NCBI GenBank assembly: GCA_965656495.1
Contig: CBFHKU010000001.1
Coordinates: 306,781 to 370,780 of the forward strand
Direction: 5' to 3'
Length of the DNA stretch: 64,000 bases
DNA from: Coraliomargaritaceae bacterium
GTDB taxonomy: Bacteria; Verrucomicrobiota; Verrucomicrobiia; Opitutales; Coraliomargaritaceae
Under the pieces are notes generated by a model. That model saw only the letters and a list, made by a program, of their open reading frames with translations. It did no database searches and was not told the origin of the DNA. Both the position numbers and the translations under genes were made by a program. Positions 62,169 to 64,000 of this stretch are shown here, one piece after another (positions within the stretch are counted from its first letter, which is position 1; each line of letters opens with the position of its first letter).

Positions 62169-63656
62169 TTAGGGCAACTTGGTGGTGCCCATGAGGAATT
62201 TGTCACACTCGCGGGCGACGGCACGGCCTTCGTTGATCGCCCAAACGATGAGGGACTGTCCGCGGCGGACGTCACCGGCGGCAAAGACTTTGTCAACGCT
62301 GGTACGGAATTCGCCGTATTCCGCCTTGATGTTGGAACGGGCGTCCTGTTCAAGCTCAAGTTCCTCCACGATGGTGGCTTCGGGTCCGAGGAAGCCCATC
62401 GCAAGGAGGACGAGGTCGGCGGGGAGGACGCGTTCGCTGCCTTCAACTTTTTTGGGAATGAAGCGTCCGTCTTCGTTGGCCCACTCGATGTTGTGGACGT
62501 GTACGGCTTTGACGTTTCCGTTTTCGTCGCCTTCAAATTTACTGGAGGTGACGAGGTATTGGCGGGGATCTTCGCCTTGAACGGCGGCGGCTTCTTCCTG
62601 GCCGTAATCCATCTTGTAAGTCTTGGGCCATTCGGGCCAGGGATTGTTCTCGGCGCGCTCGGTGGGTGGCTTGGGCATGATCTCAAGCTGGGTTACACTG
62701 GCGCAGCCGTGGCGGAGGGAGGTGCCTACGCAGTCGGTGCCGGTATCGCCACCGCCGATGATGACGACGTTTTTACCCTTGGCGAGTTCGGAGAATTGCT
62801 CGGCCTTGCCTTCTCGAAGGTCCCAAAGTTCTTTGGTGTTGGGGCCGAGGAATTCCATGGCAAAGCGGATGTTGTTGAGCTCGCGTCCTTCGATGGGGAG
62901 GTCGCGGGGCTTGGTGGCACCGCAACAAAGAATGACGGCATCAAATTCGTTAAGGAGATCTTTGGAAGCGATATCTTTACCGATTTCGACTCCGCATTTA
63001 ATGGTGATACCTTCGGCTTCCATAAGCTCGGTGCGTCGGGTGACGGTATCTTTTTCGAGTTTCATGTTGGGGATGCCATACATGAGGAGGCCGCCGGGTC
63101 GGTCGGCGCGTTCGTAAACGGTGACGAGGTGACCGGCCTTGTTGAGCTGGTCAGCGGCGGCGAGGCCGGCGGGGCCGGAACCGACTACTGCGACTTTCTT
63201 GCCGGTGCGTTCGGCAGGGGGTTGGGGGGTCACCCAGCCCTCGGCCCAAGCTTTATCGATGATGGAGCACTCGATGTTCTTAATGGTAACGGGTGGTTCA
63301 ATGACACCCAAAACGCAGGAACCTTCACAAGGAGCGGGGCAAACGCGACCGGTGAATTCGGGAAAGTTGTTGGTTTTGGAAAGGCGTAGATAGGCTTCGT
63401 GCCATTTGTCGCGGTAGACGAGGTCGTTGAACTCGGGAATGAGGTTATTGATCGGACAACCGCTGGCCATGTTGGCGAGGGTCATGCCGGTGTGGCAGTA
63501 GGGGGTACCGCAGTCCATGCAGCGCGCGCCCTGTTTTTGCACGGCCTCGGGATCGAAGGGTTCGTGGATTTCATTCCAGTCATTGATGCGTGCAAGTGGT
63601 TCGCGGTTGGCGATCGTCTTGCGCTCGAATTCTAAGAAGCCTGTTGCTTTGCCCAT
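62169..63656 (-). CDS. gltD: glutamate synthase small (beta) subunit
   Basis: [52 protein letters not shown]. Confidence 0.96.
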   Translation of the reverse strand: MGKATGFLEFERKTIANREPLARINDWNEIHEPFDPEAVQKQGARCMDCGTPYCHTGMTLANMASGCPINNLIPEFNDLVYRDKWHEAYLRLSKTNNFPEFTGRVCPAPCEGSCVLGVIEPPVTIKNIECSIIDKAWAEGWVTPQPPAERTGKKVAVVGSGPAGLAAADQLNKAGHLVTVYERADRPGGLLMYGIPNMKLEKDTVTRRTELMEAEGITIKCGVEIGKDIASKDLLNEFDAVILCCGATKPRDLPIEGRELNNIRFAMEFLGPNTKELWDLREGKAEQFSELAKGKNVVIIGGGDTGTDCVGTSLRHGCASVTQLEIMPKPPTERAENNPWPEWPKTYKMDYGQEEAAAVQGEDPRQYLVTSSKFEGDENGNVKAVHVHNIEWANEDGRFIPKKVEGSERVLPADLVLLAMGFLGPEATIVEELELEQDARSNIKAEYGEFRTSVDKVFAAGDVRRGQSLIVWAINEGRAVARECDKFLMGTTKLP

Positions 63657-63660
63657 TTTA

Positions 63661-63723
63661 TTAGAAGTTAGAAGTTAGAAGCTAGGAGTTGGAAGCTAGG
63701 AGTTGGAAGCTAGAAGTTGGAAG
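63661..63723. repeat. 7-bp tandem repeat x9 (YTRGRAG)
   Basis: TTAGAAG x3, CTAGGAG, TTGGAAG, CTAGGAG, TTGGAAG, CTAGAAG, TTGGAAG. Confidence 0.92.
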
Positions 63724-63730
63724 AAAAGAT

Positions 63731-64000
63731 TCAGGAAGACGCCAGCACTTTGCCGATATAGCGGTTGAGCATTTTGGCGATTTCGTTGAGTTGATTTTTG
63801 AGTGAGTCTGTCTCGCTGTAGCCGAGATCTTTAGTAAGCCGCAGGTAATAGAGGTATTCGTTAAGCGAGCCTTGAGCGATGTTGTAGAAGCGCGCCTTGT
63901 CAGCGGAACTACGCTTGCCGTAACCTTCCGCAATATTGGCAGGTATCGACACGCCCGCGCGACGTATTTGTGGGCGGAGTCCGAACTTTTCGCTTTCTGG
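63731..64000 (-). CDS. four-helix-bundle protein (23S rRNA IVP / Avd-like); 5' end outside window
   Basis: PESEKFGLRPQIRRAGVSIPANIAEGYG...FYNIAQGSLNE...DLGY. Confidence 0.92.
   Translation of the reverse strand, partial: PESEKFGLRPQIRRAGVSIPANIAEGYGKRSSADKARFYNIAQGSLNEYLYYLRLTKDLGYSETDSLKNQLNEIAKMLNRYIGKVLASS

Noticed and set aside
62133..63389. Long antisense ORFs (418 aa opposite gltD; similar ones opposite lysA, kdsA, gluQ, the sulfatase and the YugP gene)
   Set aside because: Typical GC-rich codon shadows of well-supported genes on the other strand.
63731..64000. Diversity-generating retroelement suggested by the Avd-like protein
   Set aside because: No reverse transcriptase or TR/VR pair seen in the window; sequence beyond 64000 cannot be assessed.

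Overview
Chromosomal window from a Verrucomicrobiota bacterium, most likely Opitutales (Coraliomargarita/Puniceicoccaceae-like), judged by eye from the 16S/23S sequences and gene content. The backbone is housekeeping: dgt, gluQ, a DEAD-box helicase, rsmE, rsmD, kdsA, tatD, trxB, pdxH, a HisJ-family phosphatase, lysA, gltD, tRNA-Pro and a complete rrn operon. The most informative accessory region is 3.1-9.6 kb. It is an integrase-less integron cassette array with five full attC sites and one half site, and the core sites of neighbouring cassettes match. The array carries an Abi-alpha-like gene, a TA-like nucleotidyltransferase pair and a 3.3 kb cassette with a three-gene AhdI-like (M + half-S + convergent R) restriction-modification system. 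The MTase promoter of that cassette contains two GAC-N4-GTC sites, which predicts both the specificity and methylation-dependent autoregulation. This island and a second one (RND efflux operon, 37.7-44.5 kb) are each bracketed by a duplicated 3' end of the upstream gene, and neither encodes an integrase. Two intergenic mosaics (35.9-36.4 and 52.4-52.8 kb) are built from shuffled 6-, 7-, 8- and 9-bp tandem repeats plus REP palindromes, and related short repeats flank a four-helix-bundle gene upstream of gltD. All family calls come from motif recognition by eye; no database searches were run.
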